From a virus, in the IMG/VR virus record IMGVR_UViG_3300017681_000004, positions 1 to 39,406 of that record: DNA of 39,406 nucleotides. One strand, 5' to 3'. The translations under genes were made by a program, and so were the position numbers. Positions 17,140 to 24,942 of the stretch are shown here, one piece after another (within the stretch, counting starts at the first letter, position 1; every line of letters begins with the position of its first letter). The notes below the pieces were generated by a model, which worked only from the letters and a program-made list of their open reading frames with translations, had not been told where the DNA came from and searched no databases.

Positions 17140-18324
17140 TTACGCGTCGTCGATGGAGGCGAAATACGCCGTATAGACGGACCAGTCCTTCAACTGGTTC
17201 GGGTTGTCCTGGAAGCGCTTGAACACCTTGCCGAGGCCGTACGCAGCCTCGATGCCGCGACCCTTCAGGAACCCGTAATCGTCTTCCTTGCGCTCGGTCG
17301 GCTTCCACATCTGGCCGTAGCAGACCGCGACAGCGTTCTGACCAACCATGAACACCGGAGCCACGTTGATGCCCGCCGCGCCCGCGCCCGTGACCGTGCA
17401 GAAGTTCTCAAGCTCGGGGATCTCGCGGATGATGATGCCGCGGTACAGCAGATCGCCGTCCTGAAACAGCGGGTTGTCGTCCATGCCGTTGCCCTCGCGA
17501 GCGCGGGCGTTGGTGTTGGCCGAGATGATGACGGAATCGTTGGACAGGTCGCGGAAGGCATTCGAGCCGGCGAACACGACGAAATATTCCTGCGCGCCGC
17601 CCTTCTTGACCATGTACGGCTTGATGGCCGGATCAGCCTTGCGGGCGCGGCGCTTCATCAGCAGCAGCGACGCGGCGGTCAGGCGGCCAGTCGAGGCCGA
17701 GACGTTGGCGAGCGAGGCCGAGTGCGAGCCGCCGACGTAGTTCGCGACCGTGTTGCCGTACTGCACGCGGTCGATGTTGGCGGTGTGCCACGTGTTCTTC
17801 TGTGCAGCGGTCGCGGCCGAGTAGAGAACGCCGTTCACACGCTGACCGGCTGCGGTGTATGCGCCATACGAAGCCAGGGTTTCGGAGCCAAGGTTGATCG
17901 GCGGCGACTCTGAGGGAATCGCATGGAGCGCGATGATGATCTCATCGCGGATCAGCAGCTTGGACCATTCCGCAAGGTGCGGACGAACAACCTCAAGCTG
18001 ATCAAACGATGACTTGTGAAGCTCCTTCTTCGAAAGCAGCACCGCGTTGCGGGCCCAGTCAAGCCAGAAGCGGACGCCGTTCGAATCCAGCTTTTCCTCA
18101 TTGCCGGTCAGCGGGCCGGACGAGACGCCGGGGCCACGCAGACGGCCAAGAATTGGGACGTTCATCTGCTCGCCGCCGTCCTTCAGTTCGTGAAGAACCT
18201 GAATGATCGACGTGGTTTCCTCGCCCATGTAAGGGCTGAACAGATTCTCGCGGCGATACTCCTTCCAGTACTTTTTGCGGTACTGGACGAGAGAATTATT
18301 GGGAGCGGTTTGCGTAACGGCCAT
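17140..18324 (-). CDS. Major capsid protein, N4-gp56 family type (DUF4043-like)
   Basis: 394 aa. The N-terminal pattern YWKEYRRENLFSPYMG...IIQVLHELKDGGEQMNVPILGRL...LTGNEEKL resembles the N4-gp56 capsid family as recalled. Follows a scaffold-like gene. Confidence 0.75.
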   Translation of the reverse strand: MAVTQTAPNNSLVQYRKKYWKEYRRENLFSPYMGEETTSIIQVLHELKDGGEQMNVPILGRLRGPGVSSGPLTGNEEKLDSNGVRFWLDWARNAVLLSKKELHKSSFDQLEVVRPHLAEWSKLLIRDEIIIALHAIPSESPPINLGSETLASYGAYTAAGQRVNGVLYSAATAAQKNTWHTANIDRVQYGNTVANYVGGSHSASLANVSASTGRLTAASLLLMKRRARKADPAIKPYMVKKGGAQEYFVVFAGSNAFRDLSNDSVIISANTNARAREGNGMDDNPLFQDGDLLYRGIIIREIPELENFCTVTGAGAAGINVAPVFMVGQNAVAVCYGQMWKPTERKEDDYGFLKGRGIEAAYGLGKVFKRFQDNPNQLKDWSVYTAYFASIDDA

Positions 18325-18341
18325 GATCTGCCCTGCCTAGG

Positions 18342-19193
18342 TTATCCGCGCGAATTCATTCCAACGCGAAAAATTGCAGCCTCGCTATCGTCGCCGTCGT
18401 CTGCCGAGCTTGCCGCGCGGGCCGAAGACTGGCGCGCGAGCGAAGGGGGCAGGCGGGTGACGTTCGATCCGGCAGCGTCGGCGCCGGTTGCGGGCTTTTG
18501 GCCGGCAGGGGGGTCGTTCGGGGCGTTCTGGCCGATTTCGGCTAGGATTTTTTCGCGCAAACGAGCCTCATAGGCGGCCGGATCTCGGACCGCCAATGTG
18601 CTGTCATACCATTTTTCGATCGCCGCGCCAGCCCCATACGGCGACAGCGCCTTGAGTTGCGCGGCAAACTGCGGATCGCGCGCGACGGCCTCGGTGACGG
18701 CCTTGTCCATCGCCGAGAACTTCTCGTCTCCAACGCGGGCCCGGGTCTGTTCCAGATCGTAGTTCAGGGCCTGCGTACGCAGCCCTGCGACGGCCTCATT
18801 CACCTTGGCGTCGATGGCCGCCTGCTGCTGCGCCTCCCAGCCCTCGGGGTCTTCGAACAGGCCGGCTTTCTGCGCGGCGCTGTCCTTCGCCTTGTCGCCT
18901 TGCTTACGGATCTCGGCCAACTCGCGCTCAAGCGTCTGTGCGCGCTCGCGGGTCCGAAGGTACTCTTCGGCCGTGAACTCCACCTTTTCGGGGTGCGCGG
19001 CCGGCGCGGGCTTCTGCTCGCCACCGGCCTGCTCGCGGTCTGCCTTCGCGCTGTCGACGGTAGCCGCGAGCGCCTCAGACGGCGTGATCGGCTCGTCATC
19101 TGGCTCCGGCGCGGCCGCGATCCCAGACGCGGCCTCGTCGGCCATCGCCTGCTCAAAAATCGAGTCCTGCTGGTCGTTGTCGATGTCGCTCAC
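18342..19193 (-). CDS. Scaffolding protein
   Basis: 283 aa, acidic and highly helical (coiled-coil-like), immediately upstream of the capsid gene. Confidence 0.7.
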   Translation of the reverse strand: MSDIDNDQQDSIFEQAMADEAASGIAAAPEPDDEPITPSEALAATVDSAKADREQAGGEQKPAPAAHPEKVEFTAEEYLRTRERAQTLERELAEIRKQGDKAKDSAAQKAGLFEDPEGWEAQQQAAIDAKVNEAVAGLRTQALNYDLEQTRARVGDEKFSAMDKAVTEAVARDPQFAAQLKALSPYGAGAAIEKWYDSTLAVRDPAAYEARLREKILAEIGQNAPNDPPAGQKPATGADAAGSNVTRLPPSLARQSSARAASSADDGDDSEAAIFRVGMNSRG

Positions 19194-19202
19194 TTGCCCC
19201 CC

Positions 19203-20684
19203 TTAGAAAGTTGAACCGACCGGATAGCGAAGCCACCCGGAGGATGTTTTACGGTAGATGTACTGGCTATTAAACCGCACATCATAAAGATTTCCGGACG
19301 GATCAGATGTTCCAGTTGGGGCGGTGACGTCGGGGATGTTAAGGATTGGGGTCGTTACCGATCCAAAGGCCGCCAACTCTCCACCGTCGCCGATTTGAAA
19401 AACTGGACCGTTCTGCGTTCTATAAGTAAGTTGCCCGCTATCGTAATACATGGAGCGAGTATAGCCAAAGGTATTTGCCCCAATACCGTCAAAGGCGATG
19501 CGCTGGCCAGATGCCATGCGGAAAGCTGGGGCGTCCCCGATTGAAGTTGCTGGCACCGTGTCAAAGGCCGCAATATCAAATGGGGTTTGAAGCTGGAACC
19601 CGACGCCCATGCGACTCTTGCTGGCTGTCGGACCCGCATCATTCGTCCCAATGACAACGCCTTGGGCGACACGCATAGGAGCAAGCGCCTGATCGTCCTT
19701 CGCGATGATGAAATGCGCAAGAATGCGCTGGCCAGGGGCGGGGTCGTCTCCGTTACCAACCATGTCCATCTCGGCGAGGACCATCGGGCCGGAAATGTTG
19801 GCCGGCTGCCCCGTCTTGTCGCGGGCTTCAATGTAGAACGGCCACATCACTGATCGTGGACCGCGACCGTCAGCGAGCGCGTCGGCGGGACGAAGCGTCG
19901 TCGTGGCAAGCGCAACGTGCTGCCCGGGGCCAGTCGCAGAAATTGTCATGACATTTCGATTTGCCCAGACATAATTGAGCAAAGGCGGGCCCGCTGGAAC
20001 AATCGTATTGACCTGAAGCGTCGGGATGGTCGCACCATCGGTCCCGCCCGTGTGGGTTACCTTATGGTCAATTCTTACGACGCCCTGCTCGTCTGGGTTG
20101 GTCTGCTGTTTCGAAAACCACTTCCCGCCCTGCTCGCCAAGAAAGCTTTCGATAACGTCTCCGCCGATCCCCTCGACGGGCACTGTCCCGCTGCCAAATG
20201 AATTACCGGTCAGCTTCCAAAGAATTGGGAAAAGAGATCCGGACGTTGGCACGGATTGAAGGTTATACTGGCCGGCAGGAACCTCCGCGGTTCCGTGGCG
20301 CGGCACGGCTCCGCGGGCCAAGTTAAAAGCCACGGTGTCATCCGTGCCATCGAGCCGAGCGCCGAAATTCTTAACATTGACGAAGTCGGCTTCTCTGTCC
20401 GGCAAAAGCCGCGGCGTCGGCGTCCCGGTTGCGGCAAGAGGCGTCGTATCGAAATTCGCCGTCGTTGCGCCAGTGTCGCCCTTGATGCCCGGGTTCCCTT
20501 GGATTCCCTGGTCGCCCTTTTCTCCTCTATCGCCCTTGTCGCCCTTCGCAACGAGGCCGATGTACGTCAGGATCAGCGACAAGTCAGCCTGATACGTCCT
20601 CCCGTTCCGCCAGATCGTGAACTGGTCCCCGGCCGCGACGACAGCGGCGCGCGGCAAGTCTGCGATCTTACGGACGATGCTCAT
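19203..20684 (-). CDS. Tailspike / tail fibre 2 with collagen-like repeat and pectate-lyase-like beta-helix start
   Basis: GDKGDRGEKGDQGIQGNPGIKGDTG (8 G-X-Y triplets), then VNVKNFGARLDGTDDTVAF, typical of Pectate_lyase_3-type depolymerase domains. Confidence 0.7.
   Translation of the reverse strand: MSIVRKIADLPRAAVVAAGDQFTIWRNGRTYQADLSLILTYIGLVAKGDKGDRGEKGDQGIQGNPGIKGDTGATTANFDTTPLAATGTPTPRLLPDREADFVNVKNFGARLDGTDDTVAFNLARGAVPRHGTAEVPAGQYNLQSVPTSGSLFPILWKLTGNSFGSGTVPVEGIGGDVIESFLGEQGGKWFSKQQTNPDEQGVVRIDHKVTHTGGTDGATIPTLQVNTIVPAGPPLLNYVWANRNVMTISATGPGQHVALATTTLRPADALADGRGPRSVMWPFYIEARDKTGQPANISGPMVLAEMDMVGNGDDPAPGQRILAHFIIAKDDQALAPMRVAQGVVIGTNDAGPTASKSRMGVGFQLQTPFDIAAFDTVPATSIGDAPAFRMASGQRIAFDGIGANTFGYTRSMYYDSGQLTYRTQNGPVFQIGDGGELAAFGSVTTPILNIPDVTAPTGTSDPSGNLYDVRFNSQYIYRKTSSGWLRYPVGSTF
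20469..20543 (-). repeat. Collagen-like G-X-Y coding repeat within tailspike 2
   Basis: Eight consecutive Gly-X-Y triplets (aa 48-72). Confidence 0.85.
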
Positions 20685-20869
20685 GCCAAAACCTCAACCT
20701 GCACGCCTTCGCAATCTTCGATCGCGAGGCCGAGTTCAGTGCCTAGCACGAACTGCGCGTCATCGCACCTGTCGCGCCAGCAGAAGTACTCGCCATACGG
20801 AAACCGCCCGAATGGCGCCACTGGCGAAACCTCGCCGCCAAAATCGGGGAACTCAAGCTCGTCCATCAT
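20681..20869 (-). CDS. Small acidic hypothetical protein (62 aa)
   Basis: ORF coupled at both ends between the two tailspike genes. Could be a fibre assembly or adaptor factor (inference). Confidence 0.45.
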   Translation of the reverse strand: MMDELEFPDFGGEVSPVAPFGRFPYGEYFCWRDRCDDAQFVLGTELGLAIEDCEGVQVEVLA

Positions 20870-21105
20870 TCCACCGTCAGCACGATCGCGTCGAGGCCAG
20901 CAAACACGATGCCGGCCTCGTCCGCAAGGTACAGGGGGCCGGCAGGGGGCGTGTTGAGGTCGATCACGGTCCCGTCAGACCACGCAAACGGCCGCCCCGC
21001 CTCGTCGCAGAGATACAGCGGGTCGTGCGACTTGTTCGGGAACAGGCCGCGCACGGGCGCGGTCCTGAACTCGTAGTCGTAGGTGGCGCGGCGATCATTC
21101 CGCAC
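20866..21105 (-). CDS. Small hypothetical protein with internal duplication (79 aa)
   Basis: PLYLCDEAGRPFAW and PLYLADEAGIVFAG are repeated motifs. Overlaps the upstream tailspike stop by 11 nt. Confidence 0.45.
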   Translation of the reverse strand: MRNDRRATYDYEFRTAPVRGLFPNKSHDPLYLCDEAGRPFAWSDGTVIDLNTPPAGPLYLADEAGIVFAGLDAIVLTVE

Positions 21106-23137
21106 TGAGCTTTTCGACCTTTTCGGCTAAATTTTCCAAGTACATAACCATGCCTGCCATCGCAAAAGAAAGAGCCTCCTCGTAGCGTATGCTGTACCTC
21201 TCGCCATCTGGCAGTTCGTCTAAGCAAATGAACCCATATGACAGCGGATCAAGACCGCGCTTTCTGCCAGAATCCACGACGCGCTGCGCAATCAATCCGA
21301 TATGTCGGCGGGCTTCCTTGCCTTTTTCGGCAACCGAATCTTTGAACTTGTATGAAACGAACAGCTTAGAAATATCCATACCCCACGCATTTTCAGCATC
21401 GGTCATGTCCGATATCTCAGACTTCAGATTCTCATCTGAGGACACGACGGGGGCGCTTCCGAGGTAAATCGTAGTCGCCCTGTTGCCGGCGGCGCCGAAG
21501 GATCTCTGGTTGTCGTCATAGGGGTGGAATGCCCCGGACGTCATCCACCAGATGTCACCAACGTCAGTCCTGCCGAAAGACTGGATTCCGCCGTATGCCC
21601 GCTGCGTCCACTTTGGATTGTCAAGATTTGTGTCGCTAATACGAAGCGATGCAACTTCAGTAAATGTGGTGTTAGTTTTTATTGCAGAGATACCTCCGAC
21701 GCTAAAGTCAAAGGTAGCACTTGTTTTATTGTATCCGTGGCTTGCTGTTCCGAGCACGGACCCATACAAATCGGACGACAGCTTAGTAGTGCTGACGACG
21801 TTGTCGTAAAAAACGCGGCCATTGTTTGGGAGCGCAATCGCACAGTTGCCGTTAGATGAAAAATCACCTCTGACCAAGTCGACACCGACCCGAGCCGTAC
21901 CGCCAAAAGCCCACACGGCGTCAATCGGCCTAGTGCCAAATGATGTATAGTATTCGGCTATCCAAACAGCATCTCTTGCGCCGGTGTTGTTGTTGCGATT
22001 GAACCCTTGAAGATAACCAATAGCCGCGATGTCGTGGCCAAGATCGTTAAAGCTGACTTCTCTGTTCGTAAGGAAAACACCATCAGATTGAGCAATGATA
22101 TCTCCACCATCGATACCAGCGGTAGAGGTTTCATAAAACGTGCGCTGACCAGGGGTCGGCTGGTAGCTTGCGGAAACACGGTAGAGTCGCGCGTAGCAAT
22201 CGCCGCCAGCGCTATGGAAAACGCTATCCTGCGCAAACGGGTTCATCGTACGAACGCCAAGCGTTACAGCATCGCCGGCAGCGTAAGCCATCGTCAGAGG
22301 CGGGGAAAACGTGACGACGTTACCGCTTATATTCTCAATCGTTACGCGATCCGTGTAATTCTCAGCGCTGCCGGTGTTTGAAAAAACCCCAAGTTTGTTT
22401 GTGGCGGCAAGCCCAACAACCGAGTTAAGCGTAAATGATGTTGCACCAATTCCAGCAGGAGCAGTCAGACGAGCCGCAAAACCACTATTCCCGCCCCTGT
22501 TTTCAAAGAACGAAAAATGTGGAGTGGTCGTGTCTTCTACATACCTTTCGTCCAGCCCGCTTCTAAGGCCGGTATTTACAATGAAATATTCTGGACGGAC
22601 TTTGCTCTGATCGCCGACGAAATAGGCATTGCCATCGCTTGGCCGCACCGGCTTTGTCGTGATCCAGCTATAGACCCCCGGAAAATCATTGACGTTTTGC
22701 CCGCGAACCTTGATCTGCCCCGGACCATCAAATCCAACGTCCCACGTCAGGTCGAGGCGCGTTGTCAGGTATTCGCCAGCGTCGAGATAAATTCTTTTAG
22801 CACCAGCGTTTTTCGCCGCCTGAAGCGCGGCAGCGTTGTCCGTAACGCCATCGCCTACGCCCCCAAAGACAGTTCTGAAATTGCTGGGGACGGCAGACTT
22901 CAGGGCCGCAGATGTCGGCGCACTGACCGGCTTTTGGGCGTCTGGCGTATTGTCCACGTTACCGAGCCCGACCGATTGCTTGGTCGCGGCTGGCACCAGT
23001 TGCGCTGCCCGGTCAGCCAACTTCTGCGAAGTGATGGCGACAGAAGCTCCTCCCTGAGCCGCTGGGATCGTCTCAGACCCGTCAAGCTGACCGGCAAGAG
23101 GAAGACCGCCGATTGTGCGAACGCGCGCTGTGGTCAT
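21095..23137 (-). CDS. Tailspike 1 with C-terminal intramolecular chaperone (peptidase S74 / endosialidase-chaperone domain)
   Basis: N-terminal GLGNVDNTPDAQKPVS fibre motif. The C-terminal VVSSDENLKSEISD...RHIGLIAQRV...YSIRYEEALSFAMAGM matches the self-cleaving chaperone domain (nt ~21098-21442). The body is low G+C: 40% in 21661-21720. Confidence 0.8.
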   Translation of the reverse strand: MTTARVRTIGGLPLAGQLDGSETIPAAQGGASVAITSQKLADRAAQLVPAATKQSVGLGNVDNTPDAQKPVSAPTSAALKSAVPSNFRTVFGGVGDGVTDNAAALQAAKNAGAKRIYLDAGEYLTTRLDLTWDVGFDGPGQIKVRGQNVNDFPGVYSWITTKPVRPSDGNAYFVGDQSKVRPEYFIVNTGLRSGLDERYVEDTTTPHFSFFENRGGNSGFAARLTAPAGIGATSFTLNSVVGLAATNKLGVFSNTGSAENYTDRVTIENISGNVVTFSPPLTMAYAAGDAVTLGVRTMNPFAQDSVFHSAGGDCYARLYRVSASYQPTPGQRTFYETSTAGIDGGDIIAQSDGVFLTNREVSFNDLGHDIAAIGYLQGFNRNNNTGARDAVWIAEYYTSFGTRPIDAVWAFGGTARVGVDLVRGDFSSNGNCAIALPNNGRVFYDNVVSTTKLSSDLYGSVLGTASHGYNKTSATFDFSVGGISAIKTNTTFTEVASLRISDTNLDNPKWTQRAYGGIQSFGRTDVGDIWWMTSGAFHPYDDNQRSFGAAGNRATTIYLGSAPVVSSDENLKSEISDMTDAENAWGMDISKLFVSYKFKDSVAEKGKEARRHIGLIAQRVVDSGRKRGLDPLSYGFICLDELPDGERYSIRYEEALSFAMAGMVMYLENLAEKVEKLSAE

Positions 23138-23661
23138 GCTGCCGCCGATGTCTTGACTGCGATGAGGGAGAAACCGGCGCCTGCTGCGGGCTCGGTCGGT
23201 AAGAACCCAGACAGCGGCGCGAGGACGGCGTTGACGCTGGTAACGAGGGCCCCGAGGAGCCCGCCGGACGCCTGCGCGAGCGTCGGTAATGGGCGTTGGC
23301 GCTCGCCGTAGACCGTGCAGCCTGTGTACTTGCCGGCCGTGAGCGTGAACGTGATGTCGAATCGCGGCACCGGCTTACCGCCAGCCTTTACGTCGACCGA
23401 TGTGACCGTGACGCCCGGCTCTGCGTCGAACGCCTGCGTGAACGTTACCGTCGCGTTGCCGCTGGCGTCGAGCGTGCCCTTTGCCGTGGCGGTCAGGCGT
23501 GGGTGAATGTGGTCCGCATATGGGATCATCTGCACGGCGCCGAGCGCCGGAGATCCGCCCTCGGCCTTCGGCTGCACGTTCGAGAACGGCGGGACCGCGG
23601 CCTGCGCTGCCGCAGCGGCGGTCTGCGCGACGCCCGAGAGATCTGGCGGGAAATAGCTCAC
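23134..23661 (-). CDS. Hypothetical virion protein (175 aa)
   Basis: ORF coupled to the tailspike gene (ATGA-type overlap). No motif recognised. Confidence 0.5.
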   Translation of the reverse strand: MSYFPPDLSGVAQTAAAAAQAAVPPFSNVQPKAEGGSPALGAVQMIPYADHIHPRLTATAKGTLDASGNATVTFTQAFDAEPGVTVTSVDVKAGGKPVPRFDITFTLTAGKYTGCTVYGERQRPLPTLAQASGGLLGALVTSVNAVLAPLSGFLPTEPAAGAGFSLIAVKTSAAA

Positions 23662-23936
23662 ATGAGCACGCTGACGACGGCGGTTGCCGTGGTTCCGCTT
23701 GAGGTAAACCCGACGACGGCCACGTTGTCGAGGATCGTCGGCCCGACCGCGGCCGGCACGACGAGGAACGAATTATCTTGGAACCGCAGCCGCACGTTCC
23801 CGGCTGCGGACGTGGCGATGAACACGCCGCGGCCCGGCACCGCAAGGGCCTGATCTGCGGCGACCTGGCGCGCGCCCGTGTACGGCAGCGTTCCCGATGT
23901 CGTCCAGAGCGTGTTCCCGGCGCTGTCAATCGGCAT
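23658..23936 (-). CDS. Hypothetical virion protein (92 aa)
   Basis: Beta-rich ORF coupled to neighbours. Confidence 0.5.
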   Translation of the reverse strand: MPIDSAGNTLWTTSGTLPYTGARQVAADQALAVPGRGVFIATSAAGNVRLRFQDNSFLVVPAAVGPTILDNVAVVGFTSSGTTATAVVSVLM

Positions 23937-24120
23937 CGCTGGCGGACTCCACGAGCGCCTTAAGCCGAGCCCAAGCGAGCGCTACCCGCTGCTGCTTGTC
24001 CGGTTCGCTGTCATCCATAGCGCAAGAGGCTTCGAAGACCAAGGCCGCGCCGAGGAGAGTTGCGCGCGGTTGGGGATCGAGGCGTTCGGCGAGCGTGCGG
24101 GCGGTGTGGAGGAGGGTCAT
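23926..24120 (-). CDS. Small hypothetical protein (64 aa)
   Basis: First ORF after the structured non-coding segment. ATG 24118-24120 lies 7 nt after a long hairpin (24128-24170). Confidence 0.45.
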   Translation of the reverse strand: MTLLHTARTLAERLDPQPRATLLGAALVFEASCAMDDSEPDKQQRVALAWARLKALVESASDAD

Positions 24121-24352
24121 ACGTTTAGGGTCGCCGCATTGGCCCGGTAGCGACCCGGATGCGACGACCCTTCAAGGCCGGGCCGGATTGGATACCGGCA
24201 TCTGCAAGATTTATCAGGAATCTGGCGTCACCATTTCTGGATCGGCTTCTCACGGCACCGTGCCTACCTGACCGTGAACCCTTGGGACGAATGGGCACCC
24301 ACCCGCTTGCGTTTTCCCATCAGCGCGTCTCTCCGCGCCGCCGGACGCCGGG

Positions 24353-24381
24353 TTTATTTCACTAGTTATGGGTCCTGTCAA
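24353..24381 (-). promoter_or_regulatory. Promoter-like element P-U3 (TTGACA-17-AATAAA) directly after terminator T2
   Basis: TTGACA at 24376-24381. GGAGAGAC leader and an 18-codon micro-ORF (24264-24320) lie 56 nt downstream, the same spacing as in the early cassettes. The -10 is weak. Confidence 0.4.
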
Positions 24382-24416
24382 CAGAAAGCCCGCCGACGCA
24401 GCGAACGTGGCGGGCT
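24382..24416 (-). terminator. Intrinsic terminator T2
   Basis: AGCCCGCC(ACG)...(CGT)CGGCGGGCT stem followed by TTTCTGTT on the minus strand. Confidence 0.65.
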
Positions 24417-24531
24417 CCCATAGCTACTCTCCGACCCTTTGGGTATCTCCGCATGCGCGGGGACCGGCACGCTGTCCTCTTGTCCGGTAGGCGCAGACCC
24501 TATTTTCAGGAGACCTGTGATCTGCCGCGCC
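24382..24531 (-). ncRNA. Candidate small transcript U2 (promoter P-U2 to terminator T2, ~140 nt)
   Basis: Bracketed by TTGACA-17-GATACC and T2. Contains the stems GCGGCAGA/TCTGCGC and CAGG-TCT-CCTG, and a 7-bp hairpin UCCCCGC-GCAU-GCGGAGA. Also holds a 19-codon micro-ORF with a GGAGAG SD. Its RNA or peptide nature is unresolved. Confidence 0.3.
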
Positions 24532-24560
24532 GGTATCTCACCGCTCGCCACCGCTGTCAA
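24532..24560 (-). promoter_or_regulatory. Promoter-like element P-U2 (TTGACA-17-GATACC) directly after terminator T1
   Basis: TTGACA 24555-24560, 17-nt spacer, GATACC 24532-24537. Confidence 0.5.
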
Positions 24561-24561
24561 C

Positions 24562-24602
24562 GAAAAGGCCCCGCCCGTGTGTCGCCACGGTCGGGGCCCC
24601 TT
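24562..24602 (-). terminator. Intrinsic terminator T1
   Basis: GGCCCCG-A-CCGTG-GCGACA-CACGG-G-CGGGGCC, a 12-bp interrupted GC stem, followed by TTTTCGTT. Confidence 0.75.
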
Positions 24603-24742
24603 CTATGGCAGGAGTGACGTCCGGTGGAACGGTCGGCACTTAATTGTCTGGCAACCCGCGCTCGCCTAACATGAGCACGCTCCGGTTTGCGATTGACGGA
24701 CCGAATATTCCGCCAGTGCGGTCTCACGGGTAACCCTGCCTG
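24562..24742 (-). ncRNA. Candidate small transcript U1 (promoter P-U1 to terminator T1, ~170 nt)
   Basis: Bracketed by TTGACG-17-GATAAG and T1. Contains only 10- and 33-codon reading frames. Several local stems, e.g. CCGC-ACUG-GCGG. Confidence 0.3.
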
Positions 24743-24771
24743 CTTATCTCACCCCCACGGGTTATCGTCAA
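24743..24771 (-). promoter_or_regulatory. Promoter-like element P-U1 (TTGACG-17-GATAAG), overlapping repeat R3
   Basis: TTGACG 24766-24771, 17-nt spacer, GATAAG 24743-24748 immediately after a TGA stop. Confidence 0.5.
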
Positions 24772-24772
24772 C
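24749..24772 (-). repeat. Repeat R3: GTT GAC GAT AAC CCG TGG GGG TGA
   Basis: Third copy of the portal 3' end (V)DDNPWG-stop. Confidence 0.85.
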
Positions 24773-24847
24773 CGGGTCGGACGCCATCTCGACTGCCCCA
24801 GGGAGCAAGGGATTCGAACCCCCGCTAGCTTTCGCCCCGCGCGCCAT
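24749..24847 (-). CDS. Candidate micro-ORF (32 aa) ending in DDNPWG
   Basis: MARGAKASGGSNPLLPGAVEMASDPVDDNPWG. The ATG is preceded by ACGGGGAGTCCGCAA, which closely resembles the early-cassette leader ACGGGAGACCAGCAA-ATG. Its C-terminus duplicates the portal C-terminus. Confidence 0.35.
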   Translation of the reverse strand: MARGAKASGGSNPLLPGAVEMASDPVDDNPWG

Positions 24848-24942
24848 TTGCGGACTCCCCGTAACAACCCCTTCGCCCGCTGATCAGGCGGAACCACGGG
24901 CGGCCTGCGGCTTTCAGGCTTCCGGTATGCACCCAACCTACA

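Noticed and set aside
24378-24560. 60-aa TTG-initiated ORF, and the plus-strand ORFs 24159-24365, 24439-24669 and 24687-25151, in the structured segment
   Set aside because: They have no SD, rely on a non-ATG start or lie on the wrong strand for the operon. Their composition is not protein-like, and they run straight through terminator hairpins and promoter boxes.
24799-24860. A bona fide tRNA or tmRNA gene
   Set aside because: Only 30 nt separate the acceptor 5' strand from the T arm. No D arm or anticodon arm can be drawn. There is no G3-U70, no CCA and no tag reading frame. It is kept only as a tRNA-like curiosity.
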